Shown here piece after piece: positions 13,117 through 26,400 of a DNA stretch of 64,000 bases (position 1 is its first letter; every line of letters begins with the position of its first letter). Origin of the DNA: Octopus vulgaris (taxonomy: Eukaryota); the NCBI GenBank assembly GCA_951406725.2, contig OX597836.1, forward strand, positions 26,598,001 through 26,662,000, given 5' to 3'. Below the pieces are notes generated by a model that was given only the letters and a program-made list of their open reading frames with translations, did not search any database and was not told the DNA's origin. The position numbers and the translations under genes were made by a program.

Positions 13117-16100
13117 TTAGGGAATAAATCCAAACTTACAGGGAAAAATTAGATTTAGGATTAAATCCAATTTTATAGTATAAATATATTATATTATATT
13201 AAAATTAAATTAGAGAAAATCAAACAGTGAAAAACATAAGCCAATACATAAAATTAATTTAAAAATATAAAAGTTAAAATAAAAAATTATTTAAATAATT
13301 TAAACTTATAAATTGGATTTAATCCTAAATCTAATTTTTCCTTGTAAGTTTGGATTTATTCCCTTATATTATTATTATATATATGGAAAGTGCAAGGAAT
13401 ATTAATGCAGTATATGGGGATCAGACATGGTGGTTCCAGAAATTCCAAGCTGGAAACTACAGTGTTCGATAAGGACATCCTGCAAATCCCGTTTGAACAA
13501 AATCCCATCATAACTGTTGAGGAACTAGCAGAGAGCTTGGAATTGGTCATTCAACCATTCATCAACAGTTGTGCCGAAATGACCACTTTTGGTTTCAAGA
13601 AAAAGGTGTTCTTCCATCAGGATAATGCTTGGCCACATACAGCAAGGATGACATTCCAAAGGCTGGAGCAGTTTGAATGGGAAATGATGCCCCACCCACC
13701 ATATTTGCTGGACATTGCTCCATCTGATTATCATTTATTCTGCAGTCTTCAAAATCATTTGGACAGAGAAAAATATGAATTCTGTAGACAAGGTCAGAAC
13801 AGTAATGGACGAGTATTTTTCATCACAGACAAGTGAATTTTGGAAGAGGGGCCTTGTAAGTCTACCAGATAGATGGAAGAACATTGTAGAAAATGAAGGA
13901 GAGAATATTTTGGAGTAAAAAAAAGTTTGCTTATCTTAATTTTGAAAAATAAAAAAAAAAAGAAAATTGGTTTATTTATGGGATGACCCAATATACATGA
14001 TGGGCTTCTTCCAGTTTCTGTCCACCAAATCCATTCACAAGACTTTGACCAGCTTGGGGATACAGTAAACATTTGCCTAAGGTGCCATGGAGTGGGACTG
14101 AACCCAAGACCATATGAGTGGAAAGCAAGCTGCTCAACCACACAGCTATGCCTGCACCTACATTGTGGGATGATAATACCACAATGACTGTCATTGGGAA
14201 GCAACCCTTCTCTATACCAGTTAGTTGGCTATGGAGGTGACTAGCACAAACCACACGTTCCTTCTAAATGCTCTTATCACCAACAACACATGGTTCATGG
14301 TCTCAAAAATTTGTCCTATGAAGAAAGGCTGAGGACGCTCGACCCTTATTCTCTTGAAAAATGCCGCCGCCGTGGTGATCTCATTCTCGCCCACAACATC
14401 ATAAGAGGAAAGTGTAACCTCTCGAAAGAGCTGTTCTTCACTCCTGCTCCAGAGCGTCGGCTGCGGGGTCATTCCGAAAAGCTCTACCTGCGACGATTTC
14501 ATCTCAATCGAAGGAGAGGAGCTTTCTCCGTCCGGGTTGCGGATCCGTGGAACAAGCTGCCAGACGAGATGGTGAAGATGCCGATGACCGCTTTGTTCAA
14601 AGCCTCCCTTGACCTCAAGTGGCCTGAACTCTTTACATGAACACCACCCTGTACTTAACTCCATGTCCCCCTACATGGCCTTGCTATTTGCTTTTGAGCC
14701 AAATTAACTAACTAACTAACTAACTAACTAACTGTTCTGATGAAATCAACAGAGGAAGGTTAAGTAGTGTAAGAGATTAATTTACTCACCTGTCCGTCAA
14801 ATAACCTTTCACCAGTGGACCTGTGTCCTTGGACTCATCTCCTTGGATATCTTTTAGCTTCCCGTTCAATTCTTTGATTTCTACCAGCAGCTTACTGTAA
14901 ACAAATACAAAATTTACTTCAGTAAATAACACAGGAATTTAACAAAATTTATAAAACAGGAGCAGAATGTCAATGAGTGGTGGATAGCAGCAATGTGCCA
15001 TCTACATTTCTGCCTCACAGTATGTCTATTAGTTTATCAAAGTCATCAGGGTGTGTACACTGCTGTCTTTTAGGGTATCATCATTATTATTACACAGGCA
15101 GTGAGCTGGCAGAGTCGTTAGCATACTGGATGAAATGCATAGCAGTATTTTGCCTGTCGCAACATTGTGAGTTCAAATTCCACTGAGGTCGACTTTGCCT
15201 TTCATCCTTTCGGGATTGATAAATTAAGTACCAATAAAACAACATGTAATCAATTATCCCCCTCCCCCAAATTTCAGGCCTTGTGCCTATAGTAGTAGAA
15301 AGAATTATTATTATTATTACTACTACTACTACACTGTGTAAGATGATCTTTGTCCTTGGGCAGCAACTGTTCCTATTTGCTTACCACTAGAAAGCAGGAA
15401 AAATGGCTAATATTTCCTTCAATGTTTGCTTTTGTTACGTTTATTCAAGTACCCCACCAAATCCCTCTCAGCACATGGCTATGATGCTCCCCCACTACTC
15501 CTGCTCAGAGATGCACATATTGTCAGCTACCAAGGGACATGCTCAGGTTGTTGAGGTCAAGCAACTGACAAGCAAATCTGTGGTATTGAGCAGAATATTT
15601 GCTGTAACGATATTTCTGCTTGAGCAACTCAGTGCTGAGCCTGCTGGAAATGTAATGGAAAATAGGTCAATTTCAAAACATTGATGACCAGATCACAAAA
15701 ACAAAATTTGGAGGGAAAAGTAGTCATTTGATCTGATTTCTAGATATAAGCAATTAGGAAATAACACTTACTGAACAAAGAGAAAAAGAAATTTGTTTGT
15801 GTTATTCTACATATAACATACATATGTGCATGAACACACACACAAAGAGTGCCCCAGCATGGTAGTTCAATGAAGGAAGTAATACATAGATCATCAATTA
15901 TTGTCATTTCCACAGTTTTACATGGGTTGGATGTAGTTTCTTTGAGGCAGATTTTCTACAGTCAGATACCCTTCCCGTCACCAACCCTCACCTGTTTCCA
16001 AGCAAGGTGATATTTCACCAAGACCAGGCATGTTCTTGCATGGAATATTGGAATTGAACAACACTGCTTGTATGACAGTGACACTCATTTACAACTATCA

Positions 16101-16255
16101 GGCAATGTCAAGACAAGGACACACATGCACAATTAAATTCTTTCAGTTTCTGTCTACCAAATCGATTTACACAGCCTTGGCCTACCCAGGGATAAGCAGA
16201 AGACAACTTGGCCAAAATGGTATTGAACCTAGGACCATGTGGTGGCATGGCTGTG

Positions 16256-16294
<39 letters not shown>

Positions 16295-18211
16295 TCTTTT
16301 ACTTGTTTCAGTCATGTGACTGTGGCCATGCTGGAGCACTGCCTTTAGTCGAGCAAATCGACCCCAGGACTTATTCTTTGTAAGCCTAGTACTTATTCTA
16401 TCGGTCTCTTTTGCTGAACCACTAAGTTACAGGAATGTAAACAGACTAGCATCGGTTGTCAAGCGACGTTGGGGGGACAAACACAGACATACAAACATAC
16501 ACACAATGGGTTTCTTTCAGTTTCCGTCTACCAAATCCACTCACAAGGCTTTGGTCGGTCCGAGGCTATAGTAGAAGACACTTGCCCAAAGTGCCACACA
16601 GTGGGACTGAACCCGAAACCATGTGGTTGGTAAGCAAGCTACTTACCACACAGCCACTCCTACGCCTACATATATATACACACACACACACTCACACACA
16701 AAAACACACACATGTCATTATGTTTCAATAGTTTGAGTCATTGCTAGTGTGTCAGAAATCACACTGATCCAGCAATAATCTAGCACACACAAAGAGAGAA
16801 AGACTTACCGGATATGGTCACAGATCGTGTGACCAAGTTCTCGAGCGCCATCCAATAGTAATTTGAGCACAGCATTGTGGGTAGCAGAATTGGCTCTAGA
16901 CAACTGCAGCAACAGATTGGTGGCATCTTCCAGACCTTCTTCAGAACAAGACTTGGAAGTCAACACCTATTTGAAAATAAGGGAATTGTTTTAAACTACA
17001 GGAACATAAACAGCTGCAATTTACTAATACTGGTGATCTTCACATGGCTCCAGTCACTGGACGGTAGGTATACCACAACATCCCTTTCAAGGGTTTTAGT
17101 CAATCACATCAACCCCAGTACTCCATTGAATTTGTACAACGCGTTTTTGTTCAACCCTTGGTTCTGCTATGCCCTACACTCAAACCAATGCACATTTGTA
17201 GTTCGCATCTACCAATTTCATTCAAGGATTTAATTGATCCAATGTTATATGCTCAAAGTACTGCACAATAAAACTGAATCTGGAACCATGCAAATGCAAT
17301 ATCAACTTGTTAATACCATAGTTTATTAATACTATTTCAATATTCCATCAGTTGGTATAATAGCAATTTTTAAGTTTATCTACAGAATATCTACAGAATT
17401 CAGAGCCAGCACTGAAAGTTAAATTTCATTTACAAACATGGGATCTTTTCGGTTTGAACGGCAGTTTTTTCTAGCGGTGTCATATGAAATTGTCACCCAT
17501 AATTATGACCCTAGTATCGATCTATTGCATTTCAATCTATTTTAGGGTTAGGAGTGGGGGGAAGGGTATCTTTTTTTCTGCACAAACGTAAATAAACCCA
17601 ATCTGTTTCTTAAACGAGGGACATATTCATACGGCACAGAATGCTGTTTACCCCAATGGACGTCAGTGATTGGTTGAAATTGCAGAAATTGAAGAAAAAA
17701 AAAAACAACAAATATCTTACAAACTATAGAATTTTCTCAATAAAGCCAAGAGAAAAAGAGGTTTTATAAACACATTCTACCAGTATATGTAGTTTAAAAT
17801 TTTTTTAGTTACCTAGAAATTATGTTAAAAACTGCCGTTCAGATCGAAAAGATCCCAAACATGTCTAAATAAACAATGTGATTGAAGACAAAAAATAGGT
17901 AATGGGTGTATCTGCATATTTCAAATGTTATTACTCTTTCTTTAGTAGCACATCTAACCCTTCGACTATCCAAAAATGTATTGCTTGAATACCCACTAAA
18001 TTTAGTGATGTAACACTATTGCACAGATTTACATAATATGTAATTGCAGCCATGGCTGCGTGGTTAGGAAGCTTGCTTCCCAGCTACATGGTTTCGGGTT
18101 CAGTCCCACCACATGGCACCTTGGGCATCTGCTATAGCCCCGGGCCAACCAAACCATTGTGATTGAATTTGGTAGGAGGAAGTTACTGCTGCGTGTGTAT
18201 AGGTGCTTGTG

Positions 18212-18242
<31 letters not shown>

Positions 18243-20441
18243 TGGGTAATTAATTTACATATCAATAGACAAAAAGGTAGAACTAATCACCCTCACACCT
18301 GTAACAATTTCTCAGTTTCTGCTACCTTATTAGAGTAATCAGAGAGAGAACGGTGGCTTTGACCTTTGTCTAGGGAAACCTCTGTAGATTCAATATCTAC
18401 AAAACAGGAAATTCCAGGTGTTTGTGAGGGGAAGTGTTACATGTAGCTATGAGAATAGGGCCTGGTTGGTGAGGATATAGAGCAGTGGTGGGAAAACCAC
18501 TGCCTGCAGGACACTGAATAGCATGCCTACAAAAAATTAACTTGAACTTTTTTTACAGTAGTGCAACCCAACCATGTAGCTCACTTTTCAAAAATGCTTG
18601 GTGCAGAGTTGAAAAGTGAAAGCCATGGAAATAGCAGACGAGACAGACTAGAAACAATACATCCATGAATTCAGTGGTTGAAGCTTGTGGTAAAGTAGTC
18701 CAGGACATTCTTTTATATGGGAAGATGGTCAGTAATCATCTTGGCTTTCTTTTCTGTCTTCATATGTCAAAACAATTGATTCATCAACAGGTACCATTTT
18801 CTCTTAACAGCTGGACCATCATCATTTTGGTCTTTCTTATACTGCCCTTAATATATTCCAGTTCAAGGAGCGCCCACCTCCTCTGGCAACTAAGGGCCTC
18901 TTGCTCAGGATGAAAGGTAGACTATGATGCATGTGTGCGAACTGCCATGCTACATGGCAGCGAAATATGGGCCATGATTGCTGAGGACGTGTGTAGGCTT
19001 GAAAGAAATGAAGCTAATATGATACGCTGGATGTGTAAACTTGGTGTGCATACACGACAGAGTGTGAGGACCCTGAGAGAAAAGTTGGACATGGCTGAAG
19101 CCAGTGTTGCATATCCGACCCATTTAAAAGTACCCTTGATGCGTCAGGCAAGATGATATGCTTGAGAAGACCTGTTGAGTTAAGCAAAACCAAAATCGTA
19201 GCTGTGGCCAGTATCCACTGATTGGCTCTTGTGCCAGTAGCACATAAAAAGCACCATCCAAATGTGGTTGATGCCAGGGTTGCCTGACTGGCTCCCATGC
19301 CAGTGGCACATAAAAAGCACCATCTGAATGTGGTTGATGCCATTGCTGCTTGAGTGGCTCCTGTGCCAGTGGCACGTAAAAAGCACCCACTACACTCTCA
19401 GAGTGGTTTGCATTAGGAAGGGTATCCAGCTGTAGAAACATTGCCAGATCAGAGCCTGGTGCAGCCACTGGCTTGCCAGTCCTCAGTCAAACCGTCCAAC
19501 CCATGCCAGCATGGAAAGCGGACGTTAAACAAAGATGATGATGTCCAATTCCTGATATTATCTATGAACAAAATCCTTAGTTCTCTCTTTTTTTCATTTG
19601 TTTCCCCTTTCAATTAACAATCTGCGTTGGCTGGGGTCATGCCCTCCGTCGTCAACCAGGAGAATTCATTTACGAAGCAATTGCCCCAGTTCCCCTTCAG
19701 GGTTGGCGAAAGCGATGTGGTGGACAACGAAAAACCTGGCTGATGACAGTCAAGGCTAATCTGGAACCAAACCTAGGCCTCCATATCTACGGCGTTCACC
19801 GCTGGAATAAGGAGTGATTGGAGATCACGCAGTCGTTAGCCTCAAATCGCCAGGCCTGGTCGGCGTTTGTGAGAGATGCAGCATTGAGGATGAATGAAGC
19901 AAGCTCAACCCACCCCGGGTGAATGTTCTAAGAAGAAGAATTAACAATCTCTGTAAACCGGATCTTCTCTAATCAAGTCTTCAAAATATTTTTTTTATTC
20001 ACCCTTTGATGGTGTCTATTGCTATACCCATTGACAAAAACTGCAACTACCCCCACCCCCACACAATCACTCACGTCTAGAAGAGAAAGCAATAGAATAT
20101 GACAAGCTCACTGCTTGACCTCCACTGATTCAATCATGAAGGAGCTGAACACCAAAGTAAATAATAAGTATGTTACCTTAACTGCTAACTGAAGTTGATT
20201 TTCTAATATAAGGAGGTTCTTCCATGAATCTTGCAGCTCTTCAATCTCTGTCAATGAAAGAAACAACCATGTCATTAAGATTAATAAAATATATGTAGGG
20301 GGGGGGGGATAGGGGGAGGAGGAGGAGATGAAGCCAGAGCAGTTATTGTGAATCATGTACATGTAATCAAGGGTTTGTGGTACATAGATTGTTGATGAGA
20401 AAGGTGAGAGAGAGAGAGAGTTGAGAGTTGAGAGAGAGAGA

Positions 20442-20481
<40 letters not shown>

Positions 20482-23400
20482 GAGAGAGAGAGAGAGAGAA
20501 AGGTGAGAGAGAGAGAGAGAGAGAAAGGTGAGAGAGAGAGAGAGAAAGGTGAGAGTGAGAGAAAGGTGAGAGTGAGAGAGAAAGGTGAGAGAGAGAGAGA
20601 GAAAGGTGAGAGAGAAAGGTGAGAGAGAGAGAGAAGGTGAGAGAGAGAGAGAAAGGTGAGAGAGAGAGAGAGAAAGGTGAGAGAGAGAGAGAGAAAGGTG
20701 AGAGAGAGAGAGAAAGGTGAGAGAGAGAGAGAAAGGTGAGAGAGAGAGAGAAAGGTGAGAGAGAGAGAGAAAGGTGAGAGAGAGAGAGAAAGGTGAGAGA
20801 GAGAGAAAGGGTGAGAGAGAGAGAGAAAGGTGAGAGAGAGAGAGAAAGGTGAGAGAGAGAGAAAGGTGAGAGAGAGAGAAAGGTGAGAGAGAGAGAAAGG
20901 TGAGAGAGAGAGAAAGGTGAGAGAGAGAGAAAGGTGAGAGAGAGAAAGGTGAGAGAGAGAGAAAGGTGAGAGAGAGAGAAAGGTGAGAGAGAGAGAAAGG
21001 TGAGAGAGAGAGAAAGGTGAGAGAGAGAGAAAGGTGAGAGAGTAGTGAAAAAAATAAAATAAAATGTGAGAGCGATAAAGAGGAGTATAAGATAAGGTCA
21101 GCCAGTAAATAGGTGTATTAAGAGAGAGAGAGAAGGTTTAATCCATTTGATACCAACTTCACTGGAGACTACCTGTTCGTTCTAGGATACAAACTTCCGG
21201 TTTAAAAGCCTTCCATCAAAGTTTCATCAAAGTTTATATACAAAAATGCCAGCTTCATACTGACCAAGATATTATTTTTCACCAATTTGAAAAGCAATTG
21301 AAACAAAAGTAGGTTACTTTAACAAAAATATGGCCCGAAAAGGGTTTTGAGTGGCTGGTTTATGTGGTTGCGACATATTTACATGTGACAACAGTAGTTT
21401 GGATAAATCGAATAAAACGCTGTGTGATATTCTTGTTAAGAGTCCTCCTTTACATCCTGAGTTGCAAAACAGCTGGAATTTATTCTATCGTGCTTTCATC
21501 CCTGGGTATGTCTTTAGGTTGATTTCACCGACTACACCCAAATGTTTGGCCTTATCTAACTGATGCCAATGTTGAATGATGCCCCTGTTTGACATCAATG
21601 TATTTTACAGTCAGACACAAAGGAAGCAATCATTAATATTTAGTTGATTTTGAACTCTTAACCCTTTAGCATTCAGATTACTCTATCAAATGTAATACAA
21701 CACATGCTAGAATGGACAGCGGATGTTAAATGATCATTCATTATCGTGTAGCTTCAAGATTTCAATGATGTGATTATTTTTAGAATGACATTGTAGGGTA
21801 GGTGCGAGAAGCCACCTCTAGCTATTTTGAGCATAAAACAGATAGAATATATCAGCCAGATATGGCCAGTTTCAATGCTAGAGAGTTAAACTAGCAGAAT
21901 ATTTAAGCTATTAAATCCAGGTCAAAATTGATTGAGCAGGTTTATGACCAAAGGTATTCCAGCCATAATCATCCTACCTGTTTAGGGTACACAACACTTT
22001 TTAAAGGGGAAAGGATACATCGGATAATGAATTTGAAAGTGATTTGGCAGCTATTTCTAGCAGGTTGGATGACTATATAGCAGCTGCCTCACTGGCTTAC
22101 ATTTTTAGTATTTCATTGCAGCATTCTGCAACAATAATTAATGGAAGGAAGGAGTAAACATACTTAGGCACACGGACTATGTTGATTTTAAGAGGAACAG
22201 GCGTTACCGAAATTGAACCCAACTACTTCAGTATTTGACCGGTTCTTTATTCAATCAACTCCAGAAGGATGAAAAGGGAAGCTTGGTGGGATTTGAACTC
22301 AGAATGTAGAAAGCCAAAAACAAAAAACAAAAAAAAGCATTTTGCCCTATGCTCTGATGACTCACCAATTAACAGTAAATATAACAAATCATCTGAACAG
22401 AGAACATTCACTTTTTTCCTATCCCATTCAGGGTCATTATTTAATAAACGGAACTTTATAAGCCACCATAAACTGAGAGAAAACGATTATATTTAACAAA
22501 ATTAACTGTTTTGATACCAAACCGTCTAAGACTGCCTCTGGCTCTGTAGTACAAAGATCTTATTTTCAAAAGTTTTGAATTAAAATCTTCCATCAAAACT
22601 TAATGTAAATTTATGTTCCTAATACCAGTTTAATAAAAATAAAGTTATTTTACTAAATTCTTTGTTTAAAATTAATCGAAGTAATCACAGAGCATCACAA
22701 CAGAAATATAACAAAAGAGTTAGGATATGTTTAACAGCAGGGTTAACCGATATTTAACACTTTAACCGATGGTTCATCACAAGCTTCATGCAGCCGCCAT
22801 ATGCACTGCAGCAGGTACATTTTCATAATTTGAGAAAATTTATTCTGCATCTTTGAGACGGTTTCAAGGAAATTTAAATAACATTAATGCTAAATATTAA
22901 AGATGAATTCTGAAATATTGAAAAAAAATGCCAAAACAATTACATTTCCTTGTAATTAACCCATTAGTGTTCAGATTGCTGTTAAATGCAAAGCTTTTTC
23001 ACTCAAATTGTTTTGAATTAATCATGCATTACCTTATAGCTTTGAGGTTTCAATGACGTGATTGTTTGTTTTTTAGAATATCAATGTAGGTTAAATATGG
23101 CCAGTTTGGATGTAAAACATGTAGAATATTTGGGCTGGATTAAACACTAAGGAGTTGAACAGTATGCAGTGTGACCTCGCGAAATACATGACGCCACATG
23201 TAGGTTCAACTAACAGGATAATGGTGGGTTAGCATGTTAAGAACGGAGTTACTTAAGACATCTACGAAACCAACAACAATGAAATCATATTGTAATACAA
23301 TAGCTCAGCATCAAACAGCTAAATGCTTAATCTAAACTGAACAACAACTCAATACAAAACCTAGCAATTAATTAAGTTAAGAACATAATGGAACAAGGTA

Positions 23401-26400
23401 TTTCCTTCTTTATCAGCTAATTTTTCACAAAGACATTTCAAAAGCACAGAAGAGAGCAAAATGGTAAGTGTTTTTTTTAATTTTTACCTGTCTTCTCTGT
23501 TATTTCTTCTGCTAAAAGCGTCTTACTGATGGCTTCAGGTAGTGTAGATGTCAATGTAGATAGATCTGCTTGGTTAGTAACAGCAGGAGAGGTGACATTA
23601 CCAGCTACAGCAGGGGCACCAGCTATGGATAACGACATTGAGGTAGGGGCAGCTTGCGTAGTTACCGCTGCACTGACCGGATTCATAGTTGTAGAGACTT
23701 CTTGTGGTTTTTGAGCCATTAATTCTGGTAATCCAATTGAAACAAGTCCTAACAAACGTAACAATCTGTCCGTTAACATTTGACTCGAGTGAATGACAGG
23801 ATGTGATAGCATTGCCATTAACTGTCCGAGAGGTGAAGATTCAAAATCTGTTACATTGTAGGTTTCGGTGTCTACACCTGATGTGCTGTGTAATCGCTGT
23901 AGACCCTTGCCCTTTCGGTTAGTCAGACCGTCCAGGCGTACTAGAAGGTCCCAAAAGTCTGAATCAGGTCGACTGCTTCCACTCGGTTCCTGTTTGTCAG
24001 ATCGCTCCTTAATACGTGGACTGCTTGGAGTCCCATCAATTTTATCTTTCTGTTTATCAACATCATCTTTGTCTTTACCATCTTTATCTTTGCCATCTTT
24101 ATCCTTGTCTGTATCACATTTTGAAACTTCTTTCGCTTTCCTGAGTGGGAGGAACTGACTAGGAAAGCTCTTTGCTAATGATATTAGAGAGTCCAAGACA
24201 TGTCTACACACCACAGGAGCGGCTTGATGATGTATAGTCACAGTAGAGTTAGCCAAGTTTGGATGTTTCTTCCCAGATCGTTGTATCTGGAAAACATTAG
24301 TCCTGCAGCCGAGGGCTGCTTCCAGGCTAATAGACAGCCATGACGCTTGGTTCTTGGTATCTACTTTTAAGGCAGCTATGCTGTCAGTTTGCATGGAATG
24401 AGACCGTTTCCTCATCGATTTGTCTGTTTTACCTTTTTCACCCACAACACCATCAAATCTTGTGCAGTTGCTGGTTCGCTGGAGGATTGAGAGGAGGGCC
24501 CGTACCACCCAGGCTCGAGTTGGTGCGTGGTAGCAGAGGTTCCGAAAGACACGATGAAGACGGTTTGTGTTAATTTTAGGTTCATCAAGAAACAGCAGTA
24601 CAAGCAAACAGGTCAGAGCTTCGTGATCAAGCAGCAGTCGTCCTCGCAGTTTAACAGAATTGGCATTTAAATTGCTCTGTCCAGGACGGTTTCCACTCCA
24701 ACACCATTGGTTACCACTGCGCGGGGCAGCTCGAATTGCATAGCGTGTACCCAATCTTCCAGCAAGACCTGTAGAGAAATAAGAACATTTCAGAATAATG
24801 ATAGCTTAGGGGACGTGAATTACTACTACAAGCAGACTTAGAGAAAATAAAAACAAAACTGCTTAAAGTCTCTTCTATTGTGAAACAAAGAAATAAATTA
24901 AGGGTCAAATTGACCCCAAAGTTCAGAGTCAAATTGATGTTTCCCCTCACTCCATATCTTAATGTTTGGTGGGGAGAGACTATATCAGAAAATTCTGAGA
25001 CAATTGCAAGGAAATAAATACAAAAAAATAACTCAAAGACTATAAGAACAGCTGAAACTGGTCCAACAAGACAATGAAAAGGACTCTTGAATCTAAAATA
25101 TATTTTGGAGTAATAAGAATGGTACTCCAGAGGAGAGTAACAACATAATTGGCTTCTTTGTAATGATGAATTAACTGACCAGTTTGCCGGAGTATAGCTG
25201 ACAGCGAACCTGCACTAGCTTGAGCAAAGAAACGTTCTTGCATTAAGCGACGGTGCCGTTCTTCCAATTCTCTCCGCAGCGCTTGGGCTTCAGCAGCCAG
25301 ATCAGGTGGTAACACTGCAACCATACTATCATCCATATCTGCTAGCACTTGTTGACGAAGAGAACTTGGCAACGATGCAAAGAAATTTGCTGGATCTACT
25401 GGAGTTTCTGGATTGGTAGGATTCTGTTGGGCAGTCAACCTGGCTTGTTCAGCACGTTGCTGAGACAGTACCTGCAACATTTAATAATAAGCATCCACAG
25501 TTAGTCATGTTCACAAAGTAGGTGACGATAAGAGAGAGACAGAGAACAAGTGATGTAATAAATAATGTAGTTAGAAAATTAAGAGCTCAGCTCCATACTT
25601 CCCAAGTTCAAATTTGAGAAAGATGTGAAAATATCTTTCCTCAACCTGAATTAAATCTCAAAATTTTAAAATTATTCCGAACGTGGCCGTTACCAGTGCC
25701 GCTTCGACTGGCCTCTGTGCTGGTGGCACATAAAAAGCACCATCCGATCGTGGCCGTTGCCAGCCTCGCCTGGCCTCCGTGCTGGTGGCACGTAAAAAGC
25801 ACCCACTACACTCACAGAGTGGTTGGCGTTAGGAAGGGCATCCAGCTATAGAAACATTGCCAGATCAGACTGGGCCTGGTGCAACCGTCCAACCCATGCT
25901 ACCATGGAAAGCGGACGCTAAACGATGATGATGATGATTCCACCCTACTTCTTTTTTTTCTTCAAGTTGTGAAAAATGTTTTGCTTGAAAACCACTAGCT
26001 TCTGATAACAAAAGAGAAAACCCATTATATTTCAGTACTTGGAATCTGCTTGTCACATTTATGAAAATGTCTGTTGACCTCCAACTATACTTGTATTGAA
26101 ACAAGCACAGGCAACCTTTTTTTCAGGAAGTGGACTGTATAAAACACAGCTCATCATCATATAGGCCATCCTATTGAATATATTCAAGGTGAATTTTGGG
26201 TGTGCCATTCAGAAAGTCCCCCTTGGGGCACAGGTTGCTCATGACTTTATCAAACTGTAGTTAAAGCTCAAGATAAAAACAGGTTTCTGAGAATTACATT
26301 TTTTTTTTTTATATATTGCCAAAATCATGACCAGAAAATTTGCCATAGACATTTCTGCCAAGGGAAATTTTGCAGTCAAGGAGGAACACAAGCAGACTGT

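Noticed and set aside
13390-13918. Functional or domesticated mariner transposase
   Set aside because: Internally deleted, frameshifted and missing most of the catalytic domain.
20428-20622. RE-rich ORF
   Set aside because: Translation of the (GA)n minisatellite.
23529-24573. Plus-strand ORFs overlapping the large exon (also 52504-52755, 60310-60573, 61358-61561)
   Set aside because: Antisense shadows of HUWE1 coding exons with no independent support.
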